Assembly (NCBI GenBank): GCA_051362555.1
Contig: CM120645.1
Span: 17,794,001 to 17,858,000, forward strand
DNA from: Lingula anatina
Taxonomy: Eukaryota; Animalia; Brachiopoda
Direction: 5' to 3'
DNA: 64,000 nucleotides
The notes beneath the pieces were generated by a model, which saw nothing but the letters and a program-made list of their open reading frames with translations, searched no databases and was not told where the DNA came from. Below, in pieces: positions 14,001-26,529 of this stretch (positions are counted from its first letter, which is position 1; every line of letters begins with the position of its first letter). The translations under genes were made by a program, and so were the position numbers.

Positions 14001-15782
14001 ACGACGGGACCTATTGTCTTTTGACAGGAGGGTACTTTAAGTATTATTACTGAATGTGTTTGTTCATATTGAGATGACTGTGTACGACTTCATTTTCACT
14101 ATTTTTCTTTGTGTTTATTCTCATTACGTTGAACATTACTGTTGTCACTGTACATGTGAAATTTTTTTTTTGTAATCACTGTATATGTCTGTTTTTTGAC
14201 TGTGTTTGTTTCTATTTGTTTTGATTATTCTGTTTGTTGGTGTTGTTACTGTTTGTGTTTGTATTTATTATGAGCACTGTGTATGTCAGTTTTGTCACTC
14301 TATTTGTTTGTAGTCATTAATTATTATTCTGCATGATGGTGTTGTCGCTGTATGTCTATGTGTCTGTTTATATTCTGTTTGCTGTGTCTATTCTGTATTA
14401 TTACTGAATGTGTTTGTATATATTATGATGACTGTGTATGACTTCGTTTTCACTCTGTAGTCTGTTTCCATATGTTTATTCTCATTACTATGAACGTTAC
14501 TGTTGTCACTGTACATGTGAAATTTGTTTTCTAATCACTGTGTATGTCTGTTTTGTGGCTGTGTTTGTTTGTATTTATTTTGATTACTGTGTTTGTTGGT
14601 GTTGTTACTGTTTGTGTTTGTATTTATTATGAGCACTGTGTATGTTAATTTTGTCACTATTTGTTTGTTATCATTACTATTACTCTGCATGATGGTGTTG
14701 TAACTGTATGTCTATGTGTCTGTTTATATTCTGTTTGCTGTGTCTATTCTGTATTGTTACTGAATGAGTTTGTACATATTGAGATAACTATGTATGTCTG
14801 TGTTTTCACTCTTTCTCCTTTTGTTCATTTTCATTACAGTGAATGTTACTGTTGTCACTGTTCTTGTGAATTTTTTTCTAATCACTATGTATGTCTGTTT
14901 TGTGACTGTGTTTGTTTGTATTTATATTGATAACTGTGTTTGTTGGTGTATTTACTGTTTGTGTTTGTATTTATTATAAGCACTGTGTTTGTCAATTTTG
15001 TCATTCTATTTGTTTGTAATCATTACTATTACTCTGCATGATGGTGTTGTAACTGTATATCTATGTGTCTGTTTATATATTCTTTTTGCTGTGTCTGTTC
15101 TGCATTTTTACTGAATGAGTTTGTACATATTTAGATAACTATGTATGTCTGTGTTTTCACTCTTTCTCCTTTTGTTCATTTTCATTACAGTGAATGTTAC
15201 TGTTGTCACTGTTCTTGTGAATTTTTTTCTAATCACTATGTATGTCTGTTTTGTGACTGTGTTTGTTTGTATTTATATTGATAACTGTGTTTGTTGGTGT
15301 ATTTACTGTTTGTGTTTGCATTTATTATAAGCACTGTGTTTGTCAATTTTGTCATTCTATTTGTTTGTAATCATTACTATTACTCTGCATGATGGTGTTG
15401 TAACTGTATATCTATGTGTCTGTTTATATATTCTTTTTGCTGTGTCTGTTCTGCATTTTTACTGAATGAGTTTGTACATATTTAGATAACTATGTATGTC
15501 TGTGTTTTCACTCTTCTTCTTTGTGTTCATTTTCATTACAGTGATTGTTACTGTTGTCACTGTACACGTGAAATTTTTTCTAATCACTGTGTATGTCTGT
15601 ATTTTGTTTTAATTTATTTTGATTAATGTGCATGTTTGTGTTGTCACTGTTCATGTTTGTACTTACTGTGAGCACTGTGTATGTCAGTTTTGTCACTCTT
15701 TTTGTTTGTAATCATTACCATTACTCTGCATGATGGTGTTGTCACTGTATGTCTATGTGTCTGTTTATATTCTGTTTGCTGT
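11051..15782 (+). repeat. Same satellite, more diverged, with a local 351-bp (7-monomer) tandem duplication
   Basis: Same motifs; near-identical spurious ORFs at 14794 and 15145 (offset 351). Interrupted at 13804-14040. Confidence 0.93.
13804..14040. mobile_element. Short palindromic non-autonomous insertion (possibly Crypton-like)
   Basis: 49-bp inverted arms at 13804-13852 and 13870-13918 around loop GCAAGGCGAAGCTGAGA. Second inverted pair TTAAAGCAC (13922) / GTACTTTAA (end). GTAT is duplicated on both flanks within the satellite. Confidence 0.7.
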
Positions 15783-16120
15783 CCCAGATAGCATGCAAAT
15801 GTTGGCCCAACGTTGCATTGGTTGACCATTCATACGTTGGCCCAACGTTGGGTTTCCATCTAAATGCTCACTTTGGCCAATGGTTGGCTGAACGTATTTG
15901 GCCAACCTTAGTCTATTTCAAAGCTATTGCATTGCCAACGTATTCCCAACCAAACTACGTTGGCCCTACATTGGGCCAACTAATATTCAACATTGGCCCA
16001 ACAATTACCCAACCTGTAACCAACAGCGTATTTACGTTGGTTCTACTAATAACCAACATCGGTCCAACGATTATCCAACCTCAAACCACCATTGCATTGA
16101 CATTGGGCCAACGGTAGGCC
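15783..16120 (+). mobile_element. Left end of a CMC/EnSpm-type DNA transposon with subterminal repeats; right TIR not found
   Basis: Starts CCCAGATAGCA exactly at the satellite break, followed by many TTGGCCCAA / CCAACGTTGG motifs. Resembles the CCCAGCTAGAA terminus at 19870. Confidence 0.6.
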
Positions 16121-16779
16121 ATCTGGTCACCGAGGTATCTGCAATTTGCACAATGATTAATGACCCAACCTAAAACCAGGGGCACAGTGATTTACATCAT
16201 TGAACCAAAGGCAAAATAATTTTATCCCGAATCACATACGTAGTAGGGCACTGTAATACATGTCTGATGCACAGGCAGATCAATGTCCTGATGAAATATC
16301 TTAAGCATCTGAAATCTGCAGACTGCAAGGTATAACTGAAAAATTAACAAGCTGATTAATGGATGAATTCTTCAGAGGACTTGATATGCCTGTGTTGCGG
16401 TTGAAACAAAAAGATTAGTGATATATTTTAAACTGTTTAATTAATTCATAACATTACACTGAACAAATACCTTCAACCAACTAAATGTGATGTGAATGGA
16501 AAAATAATACAAAAAGACATCTCAAAGAAACTTTTTATAAAGTATTATAATATTAAATTTAAACAATCATAAAGGTGTTTTATATGAATTGTCAAATGAT
16601 TAATGTCAAGAAAATTATTACCAGTCCTGTGAAAGAACTTTCCACCTTATTCCTGGAGTCAAGGCAGTTTTTTCACCCAATCCAAGATTCACAATTATTT
16701 TAATTTTTAAAAAATCTTCATTAAATTAAATTTAAATCCAGAAAAAGTGCCACTGAAAGAGCTGAAGAAATTAGTAGGA

Positions 16780-18459
16780 CATAGCAATCCCTGCTAGTCA
16801 TAGATGATACATGTATCAGGATTCCAGACCCATTCATGGTGGATTCATGGACAGGAGAACCAAAGAGCATTGAGCTATGGCCTCCCATCACAATCTATGA
16901 CATTTCAGAATTTTTAAAAGAACATGATGTTGCAATATCAAATGCCTGTTTAAGAACACATCTGTTGAGGGACTATAAAGAGCAGAAAGCTTATTCATAT
17001 TTTGCCTCCAACTGGGCGTTTGAAGTGAAACATTTTAATGTCCCAAATTCTTCTATTATACTACCAATAAGAGCAAATGTCACTCCCTCTCAAAGGCTAA
17101 ATGACCCACCACACCAGGCCTGTATTGCTAGCAGTAAGGATGGCAAAATATTGAGGGCCTATTGCACATGCTTTGCTGGACTTGGACAGGCATGTAATCA
17201 TGTGGCTGCCATTTTGTTTTAAGTGGAGTATGGATGGAGATCTGGGCTATGCCAGCCAGCTAGCACATCCAAAGAATATGTTTGGCGAGCACCAAAGCAG
17301 TCGAAGGCCATCCTGACCCCAAAGCGGATTCAAGATATGGCTTGGAAGTCTCCCTCTATGGCAAATTCTCTACTTCATATCATCAGTCAAATAAGCAATG
17401 GAAATTATTTGATCTATGTATATACAGTACCAGAACTGCCATAATAATATTATATTTTAAATATTATAGAATGTTTTTAGTTTATTATATACAACGAACT
17501 ATATAGTACAATCTGTGAAGCTGACGTTATATGTTGTCAATAGAAACTAAAAATATTATTTTATTATGCTTTTGAATTCAGACAGCTCCAAGGTAATAAA
17601 CCCAGAGCATCGGGCAAAGTACCAACCAGAGGTAGATCTGAGCAAGGGCCAGAGTCTCGAGGAATTCATAGATGTCCTTAAGATCATCCAAGATGATGCT
17701 GTTTTCCTTAAAGAGAGGGAGGAAGGCCACTTTTTGCCTGAAACTAATCAAAGTCTACCCCCACCATGCCAAAAAGTACAGCACAGAGGAAGACTTCATT
17801 GAAAATCTCCCCAGTTACGTCAAGGATGAAATAAAAGGAAACACACCTATTTTTTAATTAATAGACATAATTATGCAGTTTTTAGCATAGGTTAATATTT
17901 GTTATGCAATTTCTATTTTCATATCAAATGCTTGCTAACATGTGAGTGTTATTTTATTTTCAGATATAGAAAAGGCAACAAGGGGTCAAGCAAGAAATTC
18001 AGTCTGGTTTGAGCAGAGGGAAGGCTCCTTGACAGCTTCATGTTTTGATGATATTCACACAAAAATGGAGTCATCCAAAAAGACAGAGGTCGACTTTAAC
18101 CCCCTCATAAGTAGATTAATTACTTTATATCAGCCCCCCCTTCTGATTTACCTGCATTTAAGTATGGACGTTACATGGAACCTGTTGCTGCCACAGAATT
18201 TGAGAAGATGATGCATAGTGAAGGGCACAGGGGCTTGAAGGTTACAAAATGTGGTTTCTTTACAAGTGAAAGTTTTAGTTTTTTAAGGGCCTCTCCTGAC
18301 CGCATTATTGATGATGCTTGCTGTGGCAAGGGGACTGTAGAAATTAAATGCCCAATCTCTGCAGCACACACAGTCCCCAATTCAGATAGTTTAGACTATT
18401 TAGTTATATGTGGTGATAGAGACATATTGAAAGAAAATCACAAGTACCTAACACAGATT
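16780..18459 (+). pseudogene. SWIM zinc finger + YqaJ/lambda-exonuclease protein (ISL2EU/KolobokE-type transposon accessory gene), spliced and disrupted
   Basis: SWIM motif CTCFAGLGQACNHVAAILF. YqaJ motifs TRGQ..N..W...R...LTAS.F, YGRYMEPVA, FLRASPD, VEIKCP, HKYLTQI. Stop at 17220 and frameshifts. Intron-like AT-rich gaps end in TTCAG at ~17581 and ~17963. Cut by the DIRS insertion. Confidence 0.85.
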
Positions 18460-18615
18460 CCACATCACCGTCTAGTGACGTACTAGGCTCCACATGAGAG
18501 ATGCGCGTGCAGCTCAGCGTCATTCATTGCGCTGTTTCTCAGCGAAGTGAACACAGATTTACAAGCTGCATGAAATTAATATTTCTGCAGTGTTTTGAGC
18601 TATTTAAGCGCTTAA

Positions 18616-19161
18616 GAGCGCATTCTCAATGAATTAAGCCAGGCTTTACAAAGCCGGTGACCTAAAAATGGCGGACGTACATAAAAGAAAAACCGCCTAA
18701 TCTTTTAATAGTCTCTCCGCCTCTCACACGCCTCCCCACACGTCGTCCCTGCGGGGTACAGTAATTAAATCTCGGCTCCGAACATTAATATTTCCGTGAA
18801 TATCTCTGGTGATATTATCTCCGTAGATAGTCGATTCATTGCTGCTCTACGGGCCAAATTATTCCTTTTTCGTCTCTGTTTTCAAAGATAATAGAACAGA
18901 AGAGCTTTTTTCCTTCGATCGCCTTCAGCCGCCATGCTTTCCTCACCACGAGTTTAACTGATGAGCATGCGCACTTAATATTTCTCAGGTAGCTTCCGCA
19001 TGGCGAACGGAGACGCGATTTAATTACTGTACCCCGCAGGGACGACGTGTGGGGAGGCGGAGAGACTATTAAAAGATTAGGCGGTTTTTCTTTCATGTAC
19101 GTCCGCCATTTTTAGGTCACCGGCTTTGTAAAGCCTGGCTTAATTCGTTGAGAATGCGCTC
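18616..19161. mobile_element. PIF/Harbinger-type MITE with ~150-bp TIRs
   Basis: GAGCGCATTCTCAA...TTGAGAATGCGCTC, with long inverted arms at ~18616-18771 and ~19017-19161. TAA is duplicated on both sides. Confidence 0.85.
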
Positions 19162-19985
19162 TAAGCATGTCTGCTTACATACTGTTAATACAGTGATATG
19201 TGGTTTAATACCCATTAATACAAGTTTATCGCAATAAATACACTAAATCGTGCTAGCTATTGTACTCGTGTCTTGGGAGTAGTGTTTACAGACTGTTCTG
19301 TGGCTACATCTGCGCACATTGTTACTGCGCTTCAATTAATATGTGCAAAAGTGTACTGCGCAGTAAAAGAATATGGAGCGAGGTAAAAGTTTTATACAGT
19401 GACACCGATAAAAATGGTGGATAAAAATTCCGAATGTAATCAGCCCCAAAAAACTAGTAAAGTTAGCGCTAGAGAGTCTAGACCAAAACAAAAGACTGAC
19501 AAGGAAATAAAAACACATGCAAAACGGGTTTGTCAGTTCGTCTAGGGAGACTTCAAAAGAGACGAAAGTGCCGGCACCACATGCTTTGGCTAGCACATCA
19601 AATGACATCTCTGACACCTCTAATGAAGGGAATGTTGATATTTTGGGTCAGATTCTCCAAAAAATGGAGCTTATGCAAAAACAGATAAATGAGAACAGTA
19701 AGCGTCCTCTGGAAGTCGACGAAGACCATTTGCTGGCCCTCAGCGATGAGGAGTTGCTGGATATGGATTTAGAAGTTAACAACCTATTGACTAATACTGA
19801 GATCCACAGTGAAACGGAAGGGAATATAATTCTTGAGAAGAGTTCCCAAGAATTAATAGACGAAGAAGCCCCAGCTAGAATGGGAGCCCCGGCTGCCCAC
19901 AGGAGCCCAGGCTGCCAGAGAGACTGCCAGGGAGACTGTCCTTTTGCAGTCTGGGGCTCCAGTGTGCAGTCTCCTTGAGCAGGCA

Positions 19986-20258
19986 GACTGCAAAGGGGGC
20001 TGCAATAACTTAAATATTTTTGCAGGGGACTGCAAAGGAGGCTGCAATAACTTAAACATTTTGCAGGGGACTGCAAAGGGGGCTTCAATAACTTCAACAT
20101 TTTGCAGGGGACTGCATAGGAGGCTGCAATAACTTAGGCATTTTTGCAGGAGACTGCAAAGGGGGCTGCAATAACTTAGGCATTTTTGCAGGAGACTGCA
20201 AAGGGGGCTGCAATAACTTAAATATTTTGCACGGGACTGCAAAGGAGGCTGCAATAAC
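19986..20258 (+). repeat. 41-42-bp subterminal tandem repeat (~6.5 copies)
   Basis: Unit GACTGCAAAGGGGGCTGCAATAACTTAAATATTTTTGCAGGG. Confidence 0.9.
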
Positions 20259-21056
20259 TGACATTTTTAACGTTGCCCAACGTATGCAATAAAAAACCCA
20301 ATAGTTACTTAAAAAGTGTTTCTATTCGCAACTGAGAAGCATGTATGCTAATCTTTTGATCAGTTATCAGGCTTAAAAGAAAACATTTTCTTTTTATTAA
20401 GAGCTTGTCAAAATGACTTTAAAATTGTTTGGGTTAAAAGCAGTTGTTGGCTTTAATCCTCCAAGCTATATATACACTCATATATAGTACATTTACTTCA
20501 CCTATAAACTGAGTGAACAGATTTATATTTTTTAAATAATGCTGTGAAAATATTATATGCTTAACCATTGCTATTATTACCATTGAAATTAGACAAATGA
20601 TTGAAGTCTTATTTTAATATACAATTGCAAAATGTATAAATTTTAAACCTCACAGTTAGCATCAATTTAAGTTGGACTTAAAATCAACTGGTAACTTTCA
20701 ATAGACCAAATTCATTTCAAGTTAGGGGCATGTTTATCTTAACTGTCAGTTTGATATAAACAGTCCGCCTACAGCTTGCTCAATGAGATCAAATTACTAT
20801 ACTGGACAGTACATAGCACAGTTTAAACAGGCAGTTGTCCGTTGGGCTGATTCAAATATCTAAGCCAGAAGCTATAGGTCAGGAATGTTCTAAGGAAGAG
20901 GCAAGAAATCTGAAAACATTGATTTCTGGATTGAAAAAGAAGACATTTTTAGGAAATATAGAAAGAAAAATGAAGAGATAAAGAGAGAGGATAAGAAGTG
21001 AGCATGCAAGCCTTTTTGGTTTTGTATTTTCCTACATGTATAGTTTACTGATGCAC

Positions 21057-21451
21057 CAGGATCCATAGAGCCTTGGAAAGTGTTCAATTTTAACCCAGCA
21101 CTTTGAATTCTGTTTGTGGTTTTGAAAAGTACTTGGAATTGCTATTAAGCTAGAAAAAGGTTTGCATTTAACCATTTTGGTCCTTGTAAAAATCTTATTT
21201 TAAATTCTTTAGTTTTTGGCATGAATATCAACAATAATTCACAGATGAGGATAATTACCTTTTAAAACATCTCTGTGCATTTCATCATCATGCAGTGTGT
21301 TAAAAATACCAAGTTTAAATGAAATAAGCCTTTTTTCCTTTGGTATGTACACTTTAAAATTGTATTAGTGTATAACTTGCCCTCATTAGTTGAAAAAACC
21401 TTAAAAATTACTTGAAATATTGCTGTTATATGTCTGTATATATGAATCCTG
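21057..21451. mobile_element. Degraded MITE inside the EnSpm-type element
   Basis: CAGGATCCATA...TATGAATCCTG (10/11 inverted) with internal CTTG(G)AA motifs. TSD not recognisable. Confidence 0.4.
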
Positions 21452-21807
21452 GTCAGTGAATTCTGTGATAGAGTTTTTGGAATGATTAAATAACATACAG
21501 TAGAATTCCCAGCCCTCTGCTAATATGGGCTTTGTAGAAAAATATATATATGTAAAGCAGTAAACTGAAGTAAATTGTATGGAGAGAAATAAACCAATAT
21601 GTTAGATATAAATGGATCAGATAACATACATTTTATGATCAAGGGGAAATTTTGTATTTAGATTTGAACTTAAACACATACTTTGGAGAAAGATTATTTC
21701 TAAATTCCTTTTGATAAATGTAATTATTGTTTGAATATACAAAAAATAAATAAATAAAATATATAAATAAAAAGATTTTACCAAATTTTATTTTGCCAGT
21801 TGCCTAG

Positions 21808-22545
21808 GGAGACTGCAGAGTAGACTGCTAGAGGGGCTGCCAAGCAGACTGCTAGGGGGGCTGCCAAGCAGACTGCCAGGGGGACTGCCAAGCAGACTGC
21901 TAGGGGGGCTGCCAAAGCAGACTGCTAGGGGGACTGCCCAGGCAGTCCCTCTGGCAGCGCGTTCCAAAAATGCAAATTAAGACTGCCAGGGAGACTGCCA
22001 AGCAGACTGCTAGGGGGGCTGCCAAGCAGACTGCTAGGGGGGCTGCCAAAGCAGACTGCTAGGGGGACTGCCCAGGCAGTCCCTCCGGCAGCGCGTTCCA
22101 CAAATGCAAATTAAGACTGCCAGGGAGACTGCCAAGCAGACTGCTAGGGGGGCTGCCAAAGCAGACTGCTAGGGGGACTGCCCAGGCAGTCCCTCTGGCA
22201 GCGCGTTCCAAAAATGCAAATTAAGACTGCCAGAGGGACTGCCAAGCAGACTGCCAAGGGGGCTGCCAAGCAGACTGCTAGGGGGACTGCCAAGCAGACT
22301 GCTAGGGGGGCTGCCAAGCAGACTGCTAGGGGGGCTGCCAAAGCAGACTGCCAGGGGGACTGCCCAGGCAGTCCCCCTGGCAGCGCGTTCCAAAAATGCA
22401 AATTAAGACTGCCAAGGGGACTCCCTCCATACTTAAGGATACCTGCAAAGGAGGCTGCTATGGGAGCGGGGACTGCAAGGGAGACTGCAAAGCAGGCTCC
22501 ATGGGGGGACTGTAAAGGAGACTGCAAGCAGACTGCAAAGGGGAC
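21808..22545 (+). repeat. GACTGC/GGCTGC ~11-12-bp subterminal array with a longer repeating block
   Basis: GACTGCTAGGGGGGCTGCCAAGCA units. The block GCAGTCCCTCTGGCAGCGCGTTCCAAAAATGCAAATTAA occurs four times with minor variants. Confidence 0.9.
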
Positions 22546-23169
22546 TACTTTTCTAGCTGGGGCAACATCTCCTAGTATTATGCCAGAATTGGCTGATATT
22601 CTCAACAGGATAACGTCAAAAAGAAATTCGGATGAGAAAATTAAGGAATTCTACCTGCTACCAGAGGTAAGGATGTTAGATTACAGAAAGCGCAAACCAG
22701 GGTGGTCAGAGCGCTCACACCTCTGGCCCAACTTGCGAATATGTTTCTGGAGGCTAAAAACAAAAAGGAATCATTGGATATTCCAGCTGGTCTGTCTCTT
22801 GTATTAAATGCGTTTTCATTTGTTGCCAATGGCAGCATTGAGATACCCTCAGGAGGAGGGAACTAATAAAGCCAGACTTGCACAGGGAGTACAGAGACGT
22901 TTGTTCACCGGACACCCCCATTACCGATTGGTTATTTGGCGATGATTTTGCCGGGCTTGTGAAAGGTATCAATGAAACCAACAAGGTAGCAACAAAAGTT
23001 GGAAGCCGTAAAGATTACCATGGGCGTAATCACGCAGCATATAGGCCAAGAGGTTTTCAAAAGTACACACCTCCAAAAAAAAGCTACAGAAATTTCAGGA
23101 AATCAAGGCCAAATCACGCAGGCAAGACCAAGCTGGATTAGAGAGAAAAAATGAAGCACCTAAAGAGGT

Positions 23170-25135
23170 CAGTATCAATTGGTCATCATATATTGATGCT
23201 TTAAAAGATAAATTGGTCACTGAGATAGCAAATTTTACTGCAGCTAGTTTACAAAAGTGCAAAAAGTTTTGGCCAAATCTTACATCAGATAAGTATATAC
23301 TGAATACTGTTTCATATGGTATCAATATTGAAATAGACAAATCAACAGAACAATCAAGAATTTCTCAGACCTAAGCTTTCAATAAAGTAGAATCTGATAT
23401 TATTCATACTGAAATCCATCAACTTTTAGAGAAAAAAGTGATACAAAAGGTGAAACACTGTGCAGGTGAATTTATTTCCAATATTTTCTTAAGAGAAAAA
23501 AAAGACGGAAAGTTCAGATTGATTTTAAATCTGAGGAAACTTAATGCTTCTGTTGTATATCATCATTTTAAGATGACTAGTTTGCAGTCAGCCATTAATC
23601 TTATGACACCTCAGTGTTTCATGTCAACCATTGATTGGAAAGATGCTTATTATTGTCTGGCAGTTTGTGATGAACACAAGAGACTGTTAAGATTTGAATT
23701 TGATGGGAACTTGTATGAATATCAGGTTTTACCAAATGGCTTGGCAAGTGGACCACGTTTTTTTACTAAAGTTACTAAACCAATTTTTTCCTATTTGAGA
23801 AAATTAGGTCACATGAATTGTCCATACATTGATGACAGTCTCTTAGTTGGGGAATCTTTGCAAGATTGCAGAGAGAATGTGATGCAAACAGTTAAAGTTT
23901 CTACTCAAGCAGGGTTTACTGTGCATCCAACTAAGTCTGTTTTAGAACCAACGCAAAAGTTGGATTTTTTAGGCTTTACATTGGATTCTGTAAAAATGAG
24001 AGTGTCTTTAAACAAGAGACAAGCAGATAAAATATTTTCTGCATGTACCAACCTCTAACAGCAGGACCGTATTACTATTCTGCAATTGGCAAAAGTAGTA
24101 GGATTATTGGTAGCATCTTTTCCTGGTGTAGAATATGGGCCTCTTTATCATAGGTCACTGGATATGAGAAAAAAATCAAGCTTTGAAAGCTAGTAAAGGA
24201 GATTTTCAAGCAAAATTGCAGATTGCCAGTGATGATGCCTTGAAACTAGACTTGACTTGGTGGATAGAAAATATCCATTCAAGTTTTAAGTTGATTTCAC
24301 ATGGAAACCCTTCATTAGTTATTTATTCTGATGCATCAGAAAAAGGATGGGGGGGGGGGGGGGGGAGCATGCAAGGGCATCACATCAGGAGGGAACTGGT
24401 CAGCAGTTGAAAGTGCTTTCACATTAATTATCTTGAACTATTAGCTGCATGGTTTGCTCTAAAATGCTTTGCACAAGATGAAACAAATATTCACATTAAA
24501 ATGTGTATAGATAATATAACTGCTTTGTCATATATTGCTCGAATGGGAGGGAAAATACCCTCGCTAAATAACTTGGCCAGAAAAATTTGGTTATGGTGCA
24601 AGGGAAAAAATATATGGTTATCAGTTGCATATATTGAATCAGAAAATAATGTAGAAGCTGATAAAAAAAGTAGACTTGATCATGATAATCTTGAATGGAA
24701 GTTGCACCCAACAGTATTTAAAGATATATAACTAAGCAGTTTTATCTACCAGAAACGGATCGGTTTGCTTCAAGGCTGAATAATCAACTACCTAAATATG
24801 TATCATGGAAACCTGATCTGTTTGCTATGACAACGGCTGCCTTGTCTATTGACTGGTCACAGATGAATGCTTATACATTTCCACCTTTTTCTTTAATAGG
24901 AAAGATGTTAAGCAAAATTGAGTTTGATCAAGTGGATAGTTACATAGTGGTAGTGCCATATTGGACAACTCAAATATGGTTAATTTCATGCAGCTTGTAA
25001 ATTGAGCCATATGTTAATATCTTGTCCTTTTTTACTTCCCAGGAATCAAGAATTGCTGTGGCACCCACACAAAAACATGGCCAATCATCTTCCAAAGTTA
25101 AAGCTAATGGCTTGTGTATTGTCAGGAAAAGTTTC
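23170..25135 (+). pseudogene. pol: DIRS1-like Pol: reverse transcriptase, RNase H and Dam-like methyltransferase domain
   Basis: RT: FRLILNLRKLN, IDWKDAYY, LPNGLASGPRFFTK, YIDDSLL. RNase H: SDASEKGWG, HINYLELLAA, IDNITA, NVEAD. MT: DRFASRLNNQLPKYVSWKPD...AYTFPPFSLI. Contains stops, frameshifts and a G17 run at 24349-24365. Confidence 0.93.
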
Positions 25136-26086
25136 GAAGACAGGGCATTTTTGCCAACAGCTGTCAAATTGGTCATGTCCTCATGGAGAGATACAACTGT
25201 CAAGCAATATGAATTTTACATTTCCAGATGGATTCAATATTGTAGTGAGAGGAACATTAATACCTTGTCACCAAATGTAACTGATGTTGTAATTTTTTTA
25301 GCCCATTGCTTTGATATGAGACTTGGATATTCTGCTCTAAATACAGCAAGATCAGCACTTTCAACTTTTATTATGGTGGATAAGTGTCCAGCAGGTGCTC
25401 ATCCTCATGTGGTTAGACTGATGAGAGGAGTTTTTACTTCTAGACCTGCATTACCAAGGAACAATATGATATGGGACACAAGTTTGCTTTTGAATTACCT
25501 CAAAAAACTTTCACCAGTGAAAAAACTTAATCTTTCACAACTGAGCAAGAAAGCAGTGACATTGACTATTTTATTGACAGGTCAAAGAACCCAATCGTTG
25601 CATCTTATTGACATTCAGAACATCACAATTAATAAGTCTTAAGTCACATTTAGATATGGTGATTTACTGAGGCAGTGAAGACCAGGTCACCACATTGGTG
25701 AAATAACAGTGACAGCATATGCACCAGATAGACAATTATGTTTATGTACTGTCTTAATGGAATACATGGACAGAGTCAAACATTTAAGAGGAAATATCAC
25801 AAGATTGTTTTTAACATCTGTAAAGCCATTTAAGGCAGCAGCCAAATCTACCATATCTAGATGGATTAAGCAAACTATGAATACGGCTGGTATAGACATG
25901 GAGATATTTACTCCACACAGCACACGCAGTGCAGCATCTTCACAAGCAAAACTTGCTAAAGTGCCATTAGACACTATTTTGAAGACGGCAGGCTGGTCTA
26001 AAGATTGCACATTTGCTAAATATTACGATAAAGAAATTCAACAGGGCCAGTTTGCAGATGCAATTTTGTCTGGCACTGGTGTCTGA
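25022..26086 (+). pseudogene. DIRS tyrosine recombinase (phage-integrase family)
   Basis: SSWRDTTVKQY, LGYSALNTARSALS, TGQRTQSL, HSTRSAASS, AGWS...TFAKYY. In-frame stops at ~25640 and ~25676. Confidence 0.93.
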
Positions 26087-26529
26087 CATGGACATTCATA
26101 TTTATAGGGAGCTGTTTTATGAGCTTTTTATTTGATTTACCTTTTTAAGCTGCAACTTGTGCAGTTACAGTTGTTACCTGCAATTTGTGCAGATGGAGTT
26201 CTTTTGAGCATTTAAATATGCTGTTTATAACTGCAACTTGTGCAGTAAGAGTTGTTTCCTGCAAATTGTGCAGATGAATTTCTATTTTGCATTGAATATG
26301 CTGTTACAAGTTGTTTGATAAACAAGTTTATTGTTCTTTGCAGTAAATACATGTTGATTTAATTAAACACATAGTGTTTGTGCCTTTAATTTGCTGGTTT
26401 CAAAAAACCTGGTAAGGTGTTGTGTCTGGACCACACTTTGAACGTCTCATGTGGAGCCCATTACGTCACTAGACGGTGATGTGGAATTAGAGGGTTAAAT
26501 AGACTTACCATAGGTGAGTTGATATCTAG

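Larger units (their letters stand above)
19870..22561. mobile_element. Non-autonomous CMC/EnSpm-type DNA transposon (2692 bp)
   Basis: Perfect TIR CCCAGCTAGAA/TTCTAGCTGGG and 2-bp TSD GC. GACTGC-based subterminal arrays at both ends. No transposase ORF. Confidence 0.88.
19414..23141 (+). pseudogene. gag: DIRS1-like Gag (ORF1), split by the EnSpm-type insertion and frameshifted
   Basis: Removing 19870-22561 plus one GC joins ...ELIDEEA to TSPSIMPELADIL in frame. The C-terminal part RRRELIKPDL..EY...C......WLFGDD is typical of DIRS ORF1. Confidence 0.8.
18457..26528 (+). mobile_element. DIRS1-like tyrosine-recombinase retrotransposon, 3'-truncated, with nested insertions
   Basis: gag, RT-RNaseH-methyltransferase and YR in order. 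The 5' terminus 18457-18499 is the reverse complement (41/43) of the ICR at 26445-26487, which is followed by a CTTACC..GGTGAG hairpin. Confidence 0.92.

Noticed and set aside
19853-22807. Repetitive ORFs (LQSP.., AKQTARG.., GSPPSSLL)
   Set aside because: Read-through of GACTGC subterminal repeats of the EnSpm-type element.
17942-26086. Phage-like recombinase, exonuclease and methylase suggesting a prophage or bacterial contamination
   Set aside because: All are standard domains of eukaryotic DIRS and ISL2EU/Kolobok-type elements, with introns and decay.
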